DNA of 64,000 nucleotides from the human T2T-CHM13v2.0 reference genome, Homo sapiens. The stretch lies in NCBI RefSeq assembly GCF_009914755.1, contig NC_060925.1. One strand, written 5' to 3'. Shown one piece after another: positions 43,380-57,468 of this stretch (position 1 is the stretch's first letter; each line of letters begins with the position of its first letter). The position numbers and the translations under genes are program-made. The notes beneath the pieces are model-generated. The model saw nothing but the letters and a program-made list of their open reading frames with translations. It made no database searches and had not been told where the DNA came from.

Positions 43380-44340
43380 AAATGAATACTTATTATGTAT
43401 TTATTTATACCTATTATGTACAAAACACTCACTAAGTTCTGAGAGACACAGAGTACTTGAAGTCACAGTCCTCAAGGAGCTTACGGTATATTTTCGCTCA
43501 GTTCAACAAATATTTGATTGCCTCTTGCAAAGAGAGTGCCTTTGCACTAGACTGCAGAGAAACAGATAAATAAGGAAACCACTGATCCTCAGGGTGCTTG
43601 TATTGCAGTGGACAAGGTAAGTATGAAATGACTATGAGTAAAACAAGGTGAGATTGAACTTTGAGAAAGAAATACAAAGAGCTGCAGCTATTCAAAGGAG
43701 GCAGAGAACTCGTCTATTGGGGCATCAGGACCTACTTCATGAAAAAGCTGACATTTACGATGGGCCTCAAAGTATGGAATTGGGGACAAGTGCCCAAGCA
43801 GAAGTAACAGGTGGAAAACATAAGATATATTTAATAAAAAGCACATAGTCCTTTTGGTTGGGAAATGGCAGAGAAGAGGAGTAGGTGTCAGTAGGGAAGC
43901 AGTGGGAGATTAGAATCAAAACCCAGATGGGCTAATGTATAGAGCCTTAATGTCCAGCCAAGAGGCCTAAAATTAATGCAGTGGATTAAATGGAGGCTTT
44001 GAGTGGTCATAAACTGGGGATTGGTAGAATGGGATTACAATTCAGGAATGTTTATGTGGCAACAGCTGGTGTAATATGGATTTGGTTGGGGAACCAAAAT
44101 GGGAGACCAGTCACAATAATTTTTTCAAGAGGTAGTAAGTCTGAACCAAGGTGTTGGCAGGGAGAGTAGAAAAGATTTGGGTAAGGTTGCAGAAGTAGAA
44201 GCACAAGATTTGACAGCTCATTAGATATTAAAGAAGACCAATGAATCAGGAGATGGTAATGCCAAGATTTAGACCCGCTGGAACGATGATGAGTTGGTGG
44301 TGGTGAGAGTAAGTAGTGAGCATAATGATATGTTGAAATC
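43380..44340 (-). mobile_element. L2 fragments
   Basis: cctcaaggagcttac, ttcaacaaatattt and gggagaccagt motifs. Confidence 0.55.
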
Positions 44341-44869
44341 AGTAGGAAGATTGTGTTTGAGGAAAATATAAGGTATCCATCCATTCATTCTTTATTTATT
44401 CCTGTTAATCTTTAAAAAGCTCAAAGTATAGTACACAAAAGAAAAAGTTAAACCATGGATCATACAACAATGTAATAAGTGCAGTAACAGAACTTCACCT
44501 GTTACTACTAGATTCTTAGACAGTCAGATTATCTGGGAGACAAAAGCACATCATACATAAACCCCCCTTGGGAACCCGCTTTCTGGTAGCAGATAGCAGG
44601 CATGTGACCTAAATTACCACAATTCAGGGTACTATGTGAAAATAGAGGTTGGTTTTGAGCAAGCAGAGCTTTAGGAACTTGTAGAACATTCATGTGGAAA
44701 AACTCTGGTGAAGAGATGGAAATGAAGGTGTGCAGCTCAGCAGCATTGCTTGAGACATGTCAGGTGTTCAGAATATTTTTGTTGGTTTGAATGAACAGAA
44801 GAATGAATGAATAGGCATAGTTGGGCCTATAGGTATACATTTAGATCAAGTTGATGGCTGAATGCTTGA

Positions 44870-45235
44870 TATATTAGTCCGTTTTCATGCTCCTATAAAG
44901 ACATATCTGAGACTAGGTAATACATAAAGCAAGAGGTTTAACTGAGTCACAGTTCCGCATGGCTGGGGAGGCCTCAGGAAACTTACAATCATGGTAGAAG
45001 GGAAAACAAACCCGTTCTTGTTCACATGGTGGCAGGAGAGAGAAGTGCATAGTGAAGGGGAGAAGAGCCCCTTATAAAACCATCAGATCTCATGAGAACT
45101 CACTCACTGTCATGAGAACAGCATGGGGGAACTGCCCCCATGATCTAATCACCTACCATGAGGTCCTTCCCCTTACAAGTGAAGATTGTAATTTAAAATG
45201 AGACTTGGGTAGGCACACAGAGCCAGACTGTATCA
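44870..45235 (-). mobile_element. THE1D/MSTA-like MaLR solo LTR with 5-bp TSD
   Basis: tatattagtccgttttcatgct...gaggcctcaggaaacttacaatcatgg...agactgtatca; TSD CTTGA at 44865-44869 and 45236-45240. Confidence 0.92.
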
Positions 45236-46004
45236 CTTGAGTGTAAATGGGGCAGCCAAAAGGAAAAGAAGAGACAATGGTCAAAGAAAGCCTCTTAAGA
45301 CTCCAAGGTCTACTTCAAGGCCCTCCCTAGGTGGTCTGTGCCCACAGGAGGCTTTGGTTTCTGTCTTGCCACTGCCCTCCTTGCTCACAGCAGGCCTCAT
45401 CATCAGTGGTTCATTTTTAAAGATTCTCCATTATTCATTCGGATTATATCCAAGTTCTTTATAGTACTTAACACAACTGTTTTGGGATAACTGTGCATGA
45501 TCTGCTTAATATGTGTTCCTCTTTTGGACTGTAAGCTCATGAGGCTAAAAACTATCTTTTTGGCCTATAGTTAAGTGTCTAGCACCTAAGAGTTCATAGC
45601 ACCTAGTGGTTGCTCAATAATTGCCACAGACCTCCAGTCTCTTGAGCCTCTTGACATCAGGGCTGTGCAATGGAGAAGATCGTGCTGGTTTTCTGAGGCT
45701 GATGATGAATGATTTATATGTCAGTCATTTATGTACTCACAATATGAAGATGTTCATTATCCCAGTTTTCATCACTGCTTAATGTCATATATTCCACTTT
45801 GCTTCTCTCAGACTTTAATTCCATCTTAAGGATGGTGGTGTAAAGTAGTAGCATTTGCTTTGGAGAGTATACATAGGTAAGTATCAGTATGGGGCCTAGC
45901 TTCACCATTTCTAGCTTTATAATTTTGGCCAAATATCAAAAACTTTCAGACTTCAAGTTCCTCATCTGGAACCTGGAGAATCACAGAATTATTAATTATT
46001 GACA

Positions 46005-46400
46005 CAGGGGTCCCCAAGCCTCAGACCCTGGACCAGTACCAGTCGGTGGCCTGTTAGAAACCAGGCCACACGGCAGGAGGTGAGCGGCAGGCGGGTGAGA
46101 GACCGAAGCTTCATCTGTATTTGCATCTGCTCCTCATCGCTCACATTACCACCTGAGCTCCGCCTTCTGTCAGATCAGCAGTGGCATGAGATTCTCATAG
46201 GAGAACAAGCCCTATCGTGAACTGTGCAAGTGAGGGATCTAGGTTGCATGCTCCTTATGAGATTCTTAACTAATGTCTGATGATCTGGGTGAAACAGTTT
46301 CATTCCAAAGCTCCACCCCTTTGCCACTTCACCCTGGTCTGTGAAAAAAATTATCTTCCATGAAACCAGTTCCTGGTGTCAAAAAGGTTGGGGACCACTG
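46005..46400. mobile_element. MER1-family hAT-Charlie DNA transposon, inserted at the end of a MIR (about 45835-46000)
   Basis: TIRs CAGGGGTCCCCAA and TTGGGGACCACTG; MER1 internal motifs (cagcagtggcatgagattctcatagg, gagggatctaggttgc). Confidence 0.9.
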
Positions 46401-46740
46401 TATTAAAGTATTAGAAGAAATTATGTGAGAATATGTTTACAACCTAAGCAAAGGGAGGGAAAGCAAAAGCTATGAAGAAAAAGCTTTCTTTCATTACATT
46501 GAAATTAAATATTTTGGTAAAGCAGAATAACTATAAAAAGTAGTTTATGGATGGGCAAAATCCTGGGAGGAAACTTTTATGATAAATAAAAGACAAATGA
46601 TTAATGACTGGGATTCAGAAGGAACATGTGAATAATTGAGAAAAAGATAATCTGTTAGAAAAATAGATAAATGAACAGATGGTTTACAGTAGAGGACACT
46701 GGTTGATAAGCGTATGAAAATACGTTCCGTATCACTAGAA

Positions 46741-47658
46741 CAGTGGATACCCTCTTAACCAGCTCTGCAAATCTCTCTCTGAAAGATACTGGCTGCAGCC
46801 AAAGCATGCTTGCCTGGATGGCTGGTAGGCTATTCACTAGAACACCTCTATGCATTTGCTCCCACAGTTAATTGTGTGTTTTCCAAGAGCTGGTTTGCTG
46901 GTTCCCAAACTGGTTCATACTGGTTGAATGCCATTGTAATTATGTAATTTAGTTAGATAATATGTAAGCCAATGAAACACAAGTATGGAAAGAGCTGTTT
47001 CAGTGAAAATTAAGCCAAATGCTTTGGAAAGTCTTGATGAAGGCAAATTACTAAAAGCTTGGTGTTAAATTCTGTGCTCAGATTATTTCACAAGGTCTTT
47101 ACGTTCCCTCTTCACATAAGAAACCAAAACAGAGAATCTTAGATGAGATGATGTGATCAGTGCAGAAGGTGAATGTGCAGCCCTAGTCAGTGGTTCCTTG
47201 CTTAAAGGAGAAGCCTTGTTCCTACATCAAAAAATGGGAGTGGGCTACGTGCGGTGGCTCATGCCTATAATTCCAGCACTTTAGGAGGCCAAAGTGGGAG
47301 GATCACTTGAGGCCAGGACTTTGAGGCCAGCCTGGGCAACATAGCGAGACTCTGTCTCTACAAAAATAAAAGTAAAAATAGAATTAGCTGTGCCTTGTGG
47401 TGCATGCCAATAGTCCCAGTGACTCAGCAGGCTGAGGCAGGAGGATCGCTTGAGCCCAGGAATTCAAGGCTGCAGTGAGGTCTGATCATGCCAGTGCTCT
47501 CTAGCCTGAGTGACAGAGCAAGACCCTGTCTCTAAAAAGAGGAAATACACATTCATATAATTTAAAAGAAAATCATATATTTAATGTATATATACCTTTA
47601 ACTCACTAGATTGTTTAATTACCAGTTTGGATGGTGTTGCCTAATAGGACTTTTATTG
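46741..47658 (+). mobile_element. TcMar-Tigger element with decayed transposase N-terminus
   Basis: Starts CAGT, ends ...attg followed by TA; relic peptides ERAVSVKIKPNALESLDEGKLLK (from 46988) and LVSGSLLKGEALFLHQKM (from about 47183) resemble CENP-B/pogo HTH domains. Confidence 0.65.
47243..47540 (+). mobile_element. AluJ, inside the Tigger element
   Basis: ggatcacttgaggccagg and gcccaggaattcaaggctgcagtgag. Confidence 0.93.
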
Positions 47659-49046
47659 TAATCAGAGAAATGCAGATTATGACATGATCCCATTTTTCAC
47701 CCATTAGATTGGCAAAATGTTGAAGTTTGATAATATCAGATTTTGGCCTGATTACAGGAAAATAGGTATTCAAATACTAGTGGTAAACATTTTGAAGGAT
47801 AGTTTAACAACATCTGTTAAAGTTTAAACATGCACACCCATAACCCAGCACTTCCACATCTTGCTGTCCACCCTAGCAGCTGCCCATGTGCATGAGGAAG
47901 CTTGCACAAGACTAGTTCACTACAGCATTGTTTATGTTAGTGAAAATTAGAAAATAACCTCCCTGCTTGTCGATACGAGAATAATACAGCTATATTATAC
48001 AAGGCAGCAATTAAGAAGAATGAGTTAGAATTCTATGAGCTGCCATGGAAAAATCATGTAGATTGTGGAATGGATATGTATAGCATGATGCCATTTAAGG
48101 TTTTATTAAACAAAATAAAACAGCAACACTGTATTTTCTGTGGGTATCCATATATGTATAGTTATTCATAGATTAAAAACTGGGTGGATGTATCCCAAAT
48201 TACTAACAGTGGATACCTGAGTTGATGGGGAACCTAAGAATGTAAAGACTCAGTTTCCTGCTCTGCAAAATGGGGAGAATAATTGGAGCCACTTTAGTGG
48301 GAAGTTATGAAAATTAAATAAGGTATACCTATAACCTCTTTGAACACCTCCTGGCATAGAAGATGCCATTCTTGGCTATTTTCCTGTTACTTTTATTAGT
48401 GGAGTTGGGTCAGGTGGGAATGGATTAGAAGAATTGCATGTGGTGGTTAAAGGGGATTTTTATCTTTAAACTTAATGCTTTTAATTTTTTCAAGAAAATA
48501 TGAGTATATTATCTGTGTGCTTTAAAATTGATTTTTAAAAAGGGAGATAACAATAATAAAAGTCCAATATTGACTACTTGGGAATCTGCAAGTAGAATTA
48601 TGACATTTTCTCTTTATCTGACATGTCCTCAGTTTTTAGTCATCTCTGAAGTCTGATTAACAGATTAGGACTGTTAGAACACAGTTAGAAGGAAACTCAA
48701 GAATCACCGGGCGTCGTTACGTAGGTTACCAGTTTTGCATATAAATGATTTAAAAGTATATTACCCCAGACTTGGCAGTATTCAGATTCCTTGGCCTCTC
48801 TAAAGTAAGTATTTTGGCAGATAAAGGACATTCCCATTTTAGTTTTTAAGTGTTCCTTCTTACTATAAAACAAAACATCATTTAAGGAAAATATTAAGGA
48901 CATTAAGGAAAATTATTGCTTTAATTAACATTTGTCATTATCAGCCCATATTCCCTTAAGAATATTAAGCCATTTGATGATGGATTTTTTTATTTGTTTG
49001 TTTGTTTGCTTGTATTTCCTAGCTTTACACATATTACATTAGTTTT

Positions 49047-49340
49047 CATTTGTTTGTTTGTTTTGAGTCTTGCTCTTGTCCCCCAGGCCGGAGTGCAATG
49101 GCGTGATCTCGGCTCACTGCAACCTCCGCCTCCAGGTTTAAGCAATTCTCCTGCCTCAGCCTCCTGAGTAACTAGGATTACAGGCACCTGCCACCACGTC
49201 CGGCTAATTTTTGTATTTTTAGTAGAGATGGGGTTTCACTATGATGGCCAGGCTGGTCTTGAACTCCTGGCCTCAAGTGATCCACCTGCCTTGGTTTCCC
49301 AAAGTGCTAGGATTACAGACATGAGCCACCATGCCCAGCC
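49047..49340 (-). mobile_element. AluS
   Basis: (TTTG)n tail; TSD tacattagtttt / tacattggtttt. Confidence 0.95.
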
Positions 49341-49684
49341 TACATTGGTTTTTGATTTACTGTTTCCAGGTATCTATGTATAAATGAAAAGATTGTTTTC
49401 TCTTTGATGACATACAACATGATTGGTTGAGCTTTTGATTTTAGTCTTATCTATAGAGTTGAGGACTAATTTGAAACACCCTTTCACAGTCATCAATTCC
49501 TGAAAACAATTATATGACAAAATTAAAACAAACAAAACAGGGTGTTTTAATATGCATTAGCAGTAAAGGAGATTGAAATCAAGTTTTAGGCATGACTACA
49601 TCCCCCGCACCTATGGAGCTTATGAGAGTTTCCTTACCTATCTCCAATGCATTAAATTTCCATTACATGTCAGGACATCTTTAC

Positions 49685-50059
49685 TGGATTAGTCCATTTT
49701 CATGCTGCTGACAAAGACATACCCAATACTGGGCAATTTACATAAGACAGAGGTTTAATTGGACTTAAGTTCCACGTGGATGGGGAAGCTTCACAATCAT
49801 GGCAGAAGGCAAGGAGGAGCAAGTCCCATCTTACATGGATGGCAGCCGGCAAAGAGAGAATGAGGAAGACGCAAAAGCAGAAGCCCTTGGTAAAACCATC
49901 AGATCTTGTGAGACTTATTCACTACCATGAGAACAGTATGGGGGAAACTGCCCCCATGATTCAATTATCTCCCACTAGGTCCCTCCCACAACACATGGGA
50001 GTTATGAGAGTACAATTCAAAGTGAGATTTGGGTGGGGACACAGAGCCAAACCATATTA
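49685..50059 (-). mobile_element. THE1A/B MaLR solo LTR
   Basis: attagtccattttcatgctgctg...ggaggagcaagtc...gggtggggacacagagccaaaccatat. Confidence 0.92.
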
Positions 50060-53000
50060 ACATCCAGCTGCAGAAATGAAGACTTGGAAATTAGGAGGCA
50101 TCCCTGATCAGATAAAATGCTTCAGAAGCTCATATGAGCTCTTTGGAGCAGTGGCATCCAGTTGGTGAAAACTGGGAAGTGGCCCTGATCCGCAGAATAA
50201 GCTGTGGTTGAAGCAGTACCCTGTAAGGGGGCTTGTGTTTTCCGAAGCATTTGATTGATTGGCAGCCTGAAACATAAACCAGAGGATATTCTGCAATTCC
50301 ATTCATTCACTGTAGGTCAGTAGGAAAGCCAAGAGCTCAAGATCACGGTCGTCATATTACTCTATTTGTTAGAATATAACTTGTGAGGAATAAAAGGCTT
50401 GTAAATGAATGTTAAAACTTTCAATCACTAATAAAATGTTTGTTATAGTAATATACATTCCCCTGTAGATATTCTCATATTTAGGAACCCTCTACAAGTC
50501 CATTTGAACTCTTTAATAAGTACTATGTTTACTTTTCCTATGACTCTGTAGAGCAGCTAATATAACAGCAAACTGACTTTTCTGTGTAAAGGTTGTTCCT
50601 GATTATCTTAGAAATGACTATTTACCTTTGAGTTCTCACTCTCAAATGCAAGGTCAAGTAATTATTTTTAGAGACCAACTAATGCAAAAGACCATGACTT
50701 TGAATAGCCCCAATTTCCCAAGCCACTTGTACATCCTTAGCACTTTTGAGAATAAAGTGAAAGAAACCAACAAGAGTGAAATAGGCAAAATGTCAAGCTA
50801 TGTGAAGTACTACTTCTCTTCTCACTCTCTCCTTCTAGGGACAGATTGGATTTGAGCACAGGCTGGGTGGGGCTGGGATGAATTATAAGAGAGAGTTCTG
50901 GACTTGAGGGAGGTACTTCATAGTTTGGGGACCTCTAGAGGACTGAGGTGTTCCCCAAACTAAAGTGAAGATAGATAGTGATTCTAGGTATCTGATTCAG
51001 ATAAGATATACCCTTTCCTAGACAGTTTAATAAATACCATTTTAAAGCATCAGATTCATCCCCAAAGATCTCATGGTTCTAACTCAGTAGTCTCTCTCCT
51101 TATTCTCTCATGCCTTATGTGATGGTGACATCAGCCTGAACTTCTTCCAGATAATTAAAGGAATAGTATCAGGATCCCAGACACCATCTACCTGAACATT
51201 TAGTTTCTTAAGGGAATAACCTTACTCGCAGGAGTCATTCTATTCTGTTTGTTGTGGCATAGAAGGTATAAGAGAGAAGAATGATACCCCTTCATTGATC
51301 TTGGAAGACTTCCTATATCCAGCTAGCATTTTTGTGTTACATGAGCCAAGCACATTCAAGGTCTTAGAGATTATTCTGGCATTGTGGTAATTTGATTTAG
51401 AGTAGAGCTGGAGTAGAGTTTAATTCTCTAAGGATGAGAGATTTATTAAATCAGTCTTCCAAGTTTTAAGTGTTGAACAGAAGCAAAGTTTCTGATTCGG
51501 GAACAGAATACTGGGAGAATAAAATAATGCACACAAAATTGCTTTGTAAACAAAAAGCCCAACAAATTATAATGATTATTGTTATTGCTAGTTAAAAGGA
51601 CACCTGGCTTCATTTCTGTTCATTGCTATTTTGTAGTGGAAACAAAGTTATGGCACAGCATGCTTGTGGGTGTAGGTAAGAGTTAATACCTACTTCCCTT
51701 GAAGAAAGAGTTATATCTTCATATCACACTTCAATCTCCTGTGAAGAAAGGATGATATTAAAGTATATCTCAACTTAACATACACAGAAATTAATGACTC
51801 CGGTGGCTTTTGAAGCAACTACATGACTGCAATCCTGTTTTAAATGTTTTTTTCTCTTCTACATGCTCAACACTGAACTGACCATATTCAGGTGAACACA
51901 GTGTTAGTGTCCCAGTACAACATATCTCTTGAATCCATTTCTATTTCAGTGTACTCTCACTGCCATTTAGGCATAATATAGGCACTGAAAGTGTGTAAGG
52001 ATTGACAATGCACAGTTGCAACTCTCAGGAAACTCAGGAGGAGATAGATAAACATACTGTGAGTCTCTGATGGAGGTTCTTGAATGAGAACAGGGCCTCA
52101 AATGAGACCAGGTTTTCATTGGCATATGAAATTGGGAAACAGATTTCAAGCAGAAGGAATAGTGTCACCCCGGCATGGAGACGTGGCATGAATAACGAAG
52201 TGGTTTGGGAGGCTGATGGAATAATTTAGGAAGTGTTTATTTGGCTAGCTGGGTGTTTTTTTCCTGTCAGCACATTAATTTTTGGTTTACCAATAGTCAC
52301 ATTGTTTGGCCAGTTTGCAGTATTTGTAACGACAGAATAAATAGAACAGACCTCTGCTGGTCTAATTTAAAGATTGGGGTGTTGATAATGACTTCCCTTT
52401 TCCCAGCATTGTTATAAAATGTGATTGCTTTTAAACATGCTTTCCTTAGATGCAGGGTGCTATCTAAAAGTGGTTGAACAGATTTACTCTTGACCTCCTC
52501 CTGTCCAGTAAAGGATAGCATCTAGTTTATCCCCTGAAACTTTCCTGTTTAACTTTTGGAAATACAGCAACATAAACAATACTTTAGATTTCTGGCCTCT
52601 TCTCTAAGAGCAGGACCCTGATATTTAAGTAGAAAGTAGAAAGAAGCTCTCTTCAAAGCTTGATCCTGTTTGATCTACATGGTCATTTTAGATAGTGGAT
52701 TTATTTATCTCACTAAAACATGAGCATTTTTTATATGCAAGTGGCCCCATTGAGACACCTGAGTCGGGGGAAATGAGTGACAATTGAGAGGGCCACCTTT
52801 AAGGCTGGGCCACTGTTACTAGAGTACCCAGAACAATAACACAGTGGTGTTACTTTCTGCAGGTTGTTCAGATTTCTCTCTTATTCCCTATGTGTTGCTA
52901 AAAATAAAACCACAGCATATAAATTTCACTCATCTATTGGCAAACTCAGTGAGGTAGCTTCACCCAACATTAATAATTTATGCCTTGGAGGTGAGAGTAT

Positions 53001-54108
53001 CAAAAGCAACCATTATGTTTCCAGGAGTCTCGGCTCCGGTAAGCATCTCTTCCTGTCGACTTCATTTGTGAGCAAATAATACCCAGTATTAACGGAGATA
53101 CAGGATTCACCAGCCTTATGATTTTTATTTTTACCAGGTTTTTGGTAGTTCTGAAAATGGAGTTTATTCTTGTCATCCAGAAAACATAGAAATAAATAAT
53201 GAGGCATAAAAATTTCATACATCTTCCTTGGAGGGAGGAGGAATATTGTTTAGCTTGTCAACATTATAATAAGTATATGAAGGTACCATTATAAGTGCCT
53301 GCTTCATGTTCATAATAGGATTAATGTATTTACTCAGTGCTCTGTATGATAACAGATGCCAAATTTCTTCCTTCTTTGAAAAGTAAAACAATTGATAATG
53401 ACAACAATATTTCCCAAAATGTAATGAGATGACTCCGTTTTTTGGTTCCTGTTCGAGTGTAATGGTACATTACAGAGTCTCATTTACTGGCAAACTTCTG
53501 CTTATAACTGGATAACTTGAGAGCTTGCTTAATTTTAGGCAAATACTTCTTTTAGAATTTTTACAGTTGAGTGCATAAAATGAGACAGGAATCTGGTGAG
53601 TGGAACTGGAATATGAGGTAGGGCTTGGTCTCAGAAATGAAGCTGAAGATTCATTATTAGCACATGGGTCTGACATTATCAGGCCAGGTTTCCTTTGCTT
53701 CTCCTGAGTATGAGGCACAATGAAACCTAAAGGAACAGCAGGGAACGCCAACTGCAGACAAAGAGAACAGAGAATCTCATTCTAATGATTCACAGCGATG
53801 CCTTACTGCTCATAATGTTTCAGCTCAAATCAAACAATCTCTGCTGGCCAGGAGATGGCCATCTAGTGAGACAAAGTAAACCACCCATAGCTAATGGATT
53901 GGTTTACTCCTGTTATTTTCTTATTTATTGTACTTTAAATAATTGTACTTTATTTAATTGTACTTTTAAAATTAACCTTTCTCTGTTTGTAAACATACTA
54001 CTTGCTTGAATTACTTTAAAACATACTTTGGGAAATACAGAAGTGAATAAAAAATAAAATCAGGCATAAACCCCATAACAATCATTTATGTTTTTATGCC
54101 TAATATAA

Positions 54109-54416
<308 letters not shown>

Positions 54417-54474
54417 AATATAATTTTTTTTCTAAACAAAATAGATCTGAATTTCTTACAATGCTAAACATAAT

Positions 54475-56995
54475 CTTACCATATGTCTAGAAATCGTGCT
54501 CCCAGGGTATTTTCCCAACTGATTGGAAAAACTGTAACCATACAAAAACCTTTATGTGAATGTTGGTAACAGCTTTATTCATAATCACCAAAAACTGGAA
54601 GCAACCAAGGTGTCCTTCAATAGATGAGTGGACAAGCTGTAGTACATCCAGACAATGGAATATTACTTAGTAATAAGAAGGAATGAGCTACCAAGCCATG
54701 AAAAAAACATGGATAAGTGCATATTGCTAAGTGAGAAAAGCCAGTCTGAAAGATACACACTGTATGATTCTACTTGCATGATATTCTGAAATAGGCAAAA
54801 CTGTAGATTTCCAGAGATTTGTACAAAAAAGAAGGGTGTATAGGTGAAGCACAGAGGATTTTTCTTTTAGGATGGTGAAACTATTCTGTATGGTACTGTA
54901 ATGGTAGGTACATGTTACTATACATTTGTCAAAATTCATAGAGCTTTATAGCAAAGAGAGTGAAATTTAACGTACATAAATTAAAAACACAAACAAAAAT
55001 GAAAGCCTGGGGATCTCGGTATAGAATGCAGACTGTGACAAAAGAGTCTAACAGTATTACAAATATGTGAAATAAACTTACTGAAGGAGATTGAGGGAAA
55101 GATGCTAACCTAAGTAACTTTGGAAATCAACGAAGACTGTGAGACCAAAACTAAAAGCAACCATACATAAGCACTGTACTAATTTTTACTATGGAGGTAA
55201 TAATTAACAATTCTGAAAACACTATAAATGTATACTGAACTGAACAATTAAATATTGGCTACTGGATGGTGAAGCCAGGTTTCTCACTGTTGGAGTGGGA
55301 GGTTACAGATATTTAACAGGGGATGGCTAGAATGATCCTGTGGCAATAGATTAGAGTTAGAGATGTCAGTATGAATTGATGCTTAGCTTAATATAGATAC
55401 AGATGGAAACATGGAAAAATATTAATAGATATTTGTACATACATGTGTAAATACATATAATGTATATAGGCATGTATATATGTATAGATACATGTATTTA
55501 TACATGTGTATATGGTTGCAAAAGTGTAGGTACATGTATGTATACACTTATTTTATTGCTCTGTCAGTTGAGAGGGCCTAGAAGCAATGACACCCCAGTA
55601 GCAATAAGCATACCCACATCCAGATCTTGTTTCTAATACCATTCTCCAATAAAAGGAACTAGGGCTTCTTGAAATGTCTGAGTCTAGGGCTGGAGAATAT
55701 GTAAGAGGCTCCTGGTGCGTCTTGTAGTGTCAGAAAGTTAGGAAGTGTGTGTATGCACATACACACAATATGATGGGATATGTCAAAGGGATACGGGAGC
55801 CCACTGAAAAGCTCCAGTGACCAAAGCTGAAATAATTTGAGCAACAAAATATGTAATGTAGTGTTAGATTACACTATTAATCTAGTGGAGAATACAAACT
55901 ATATACTTTATTTTGTATTGTATTTATTTTTGAGACAGAGTCTCACTCCGATTTGCCCAGGCTGGAGTGCAGTGGCGCAATTTTGGCTCACTGCAGCCTT
56001 GAACTCCCAGGCTTGGGCAATTCCCCCACTTCAGCCTCCTGAGTAGCTGGGACCACAGGCATATACCACTATGCCCAGCTAATTTTTTGTATGTTTTGTA
56101 GAGACAGGGTTTTGCCAGTTGTCCAGGCTGGTCTTGAACTCTTGAGCTCAAGCAATCCACCTGCCTCGGCCTCCCAAAGTGCTGGGATGACGGGCATGAG
56201 CCAGTACGCCCAGACTTACAAAGGGTACACTTTATACAGAGTATAAAATAAATATCCATGAGTCCATACTGATGTAAATGATTGAATAAATACATGCAGG
56301 CGAATTGATAAATCTGTGCAGAGTAATTTCATATCATTTATGTAGATAGTCTACCCTTGAGGAGGTGGAACATTACTTCTCAATTAGTAAATGTAGATTG
56401 CGCATAATGACTTCGTTGCAAGAGTACAGTATGGAAATTAGGAAAAAATGAGAACTTTACAGTGGAGAAACCTGACAATACCTCAGCCAGGTGATCAAAA
56501 TTAATGTCAGTAGTGATAAGTCATGTTAATAGCATGTATCCTTGATGTGCTGTGATGAGAATGGCATTTTATCTCTGTGGTCTTCCACCCCAAACCTTGA
56601 GCTTCAGTATAATCATGAGAAAAATGTGCTTCAATTGAGGGGCATTCTACAAAATATCTGACTGGTACTCCTGAAAACTATCAAGGTCATCAGAAACAAG
56701 GAAAATCTGAGAAACTGTCACAGCCAAAAGGAATCTAAGGTGACACAGCAATTAAATGTGCCATGGTGTCTTAAATGGGATCCTAGAACAGAAAAAGGAC
56801 ACTAAATAAAAACCGTAAGGGAGTGTCTTATCAATGTTACTTGATTAATTGTGACAAGTGTATTATCTAATGTCAGATGTTACTAGAAGAGAAAGCTAGG
56901 TATGGGGTATATGTAAATTCTCTGTACTATCCTCACTTTTGTGTAAGTCTAAAACCGTAATTTAAGGTATAAAATTTGTTTAAATATGAAAAAGG
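54475..56995 (+). mobile_element. L1M (L1MC/L1MD-like) ORF2 end plus long 3'UTR, interrupted by an Alu
   Basis: cagctttattcataatcaccaaaaactggaagcaacc, agaagcaatgacaccccagtagc, agtggagaaacctgaca and tctctgtactatc motifs. Confidence 0.85.
55922..56215 (-). mobile_element. AluJ, inside the L1
   Basis: ttttgagacagagtctcac...gctcaagcaatccacc. Confidence 0.92.
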
Positions 56996-57364
56996 ACCTA
57001 TACCATACACACTGTGAAATGCCATTTGAATATGCCATAATTTAACTAATACTTTAATGAACAGTGTTCTATAATACTTTGTATCTCCAAGCATTCCATG
57101 AGGATAAACCACTTTATGTAGGGTTATTGAGACAAAAAGGTTTTTTTGATATGTACTCCAAATGAGCCTCCCTCCAAAAAAGAAATCTTACGTCAACTTG
57201 TCTTCCCACCACCAAAATATGAGCATGCTGATTTCTTTTGACTTTTTACCACTACAGGTAATTTTGCAAGTTTCAGTTGTTATTTATAAACAACTAGTAT
57301 CTTTTTGTTTTGATTTGTACTTTTTGATTACTATAGTAATGAGTTTGCACGTTCTAAAATGTGT

Positions 57365-57468
57365 TTATAAGCTGGAGTGTAAGGTCCACAAGGGTGAGAT
57401 CCTTGTCTGTTTTATTCAGGACCTGACAAAGAGCAGGTACTAATAAATATTTGCTGAACAAATGAATA
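57365..57468 (+). mobile_element. L2 3' end
   Basis: tgtaaggtccacaaggg...aataaatatttgctgaacaaatgaat. Confidence 0.6.

Larger units (their letters stand above)
46450..48540 (+). mobile_element. Old L1M (L1ME-like) 3' region interrupted by Tigger, Alu and MIR
   Basis: atcactag|...|taatcagagaaatgcagatt, cacccattagattggcaaaat and cagcattgtttatg L1 motifs. Confidence 0.7.

Noticed and set aside
49776-50060. 94-aa ORF
   Set aside because: Lies entirely within a THE1 LTR.
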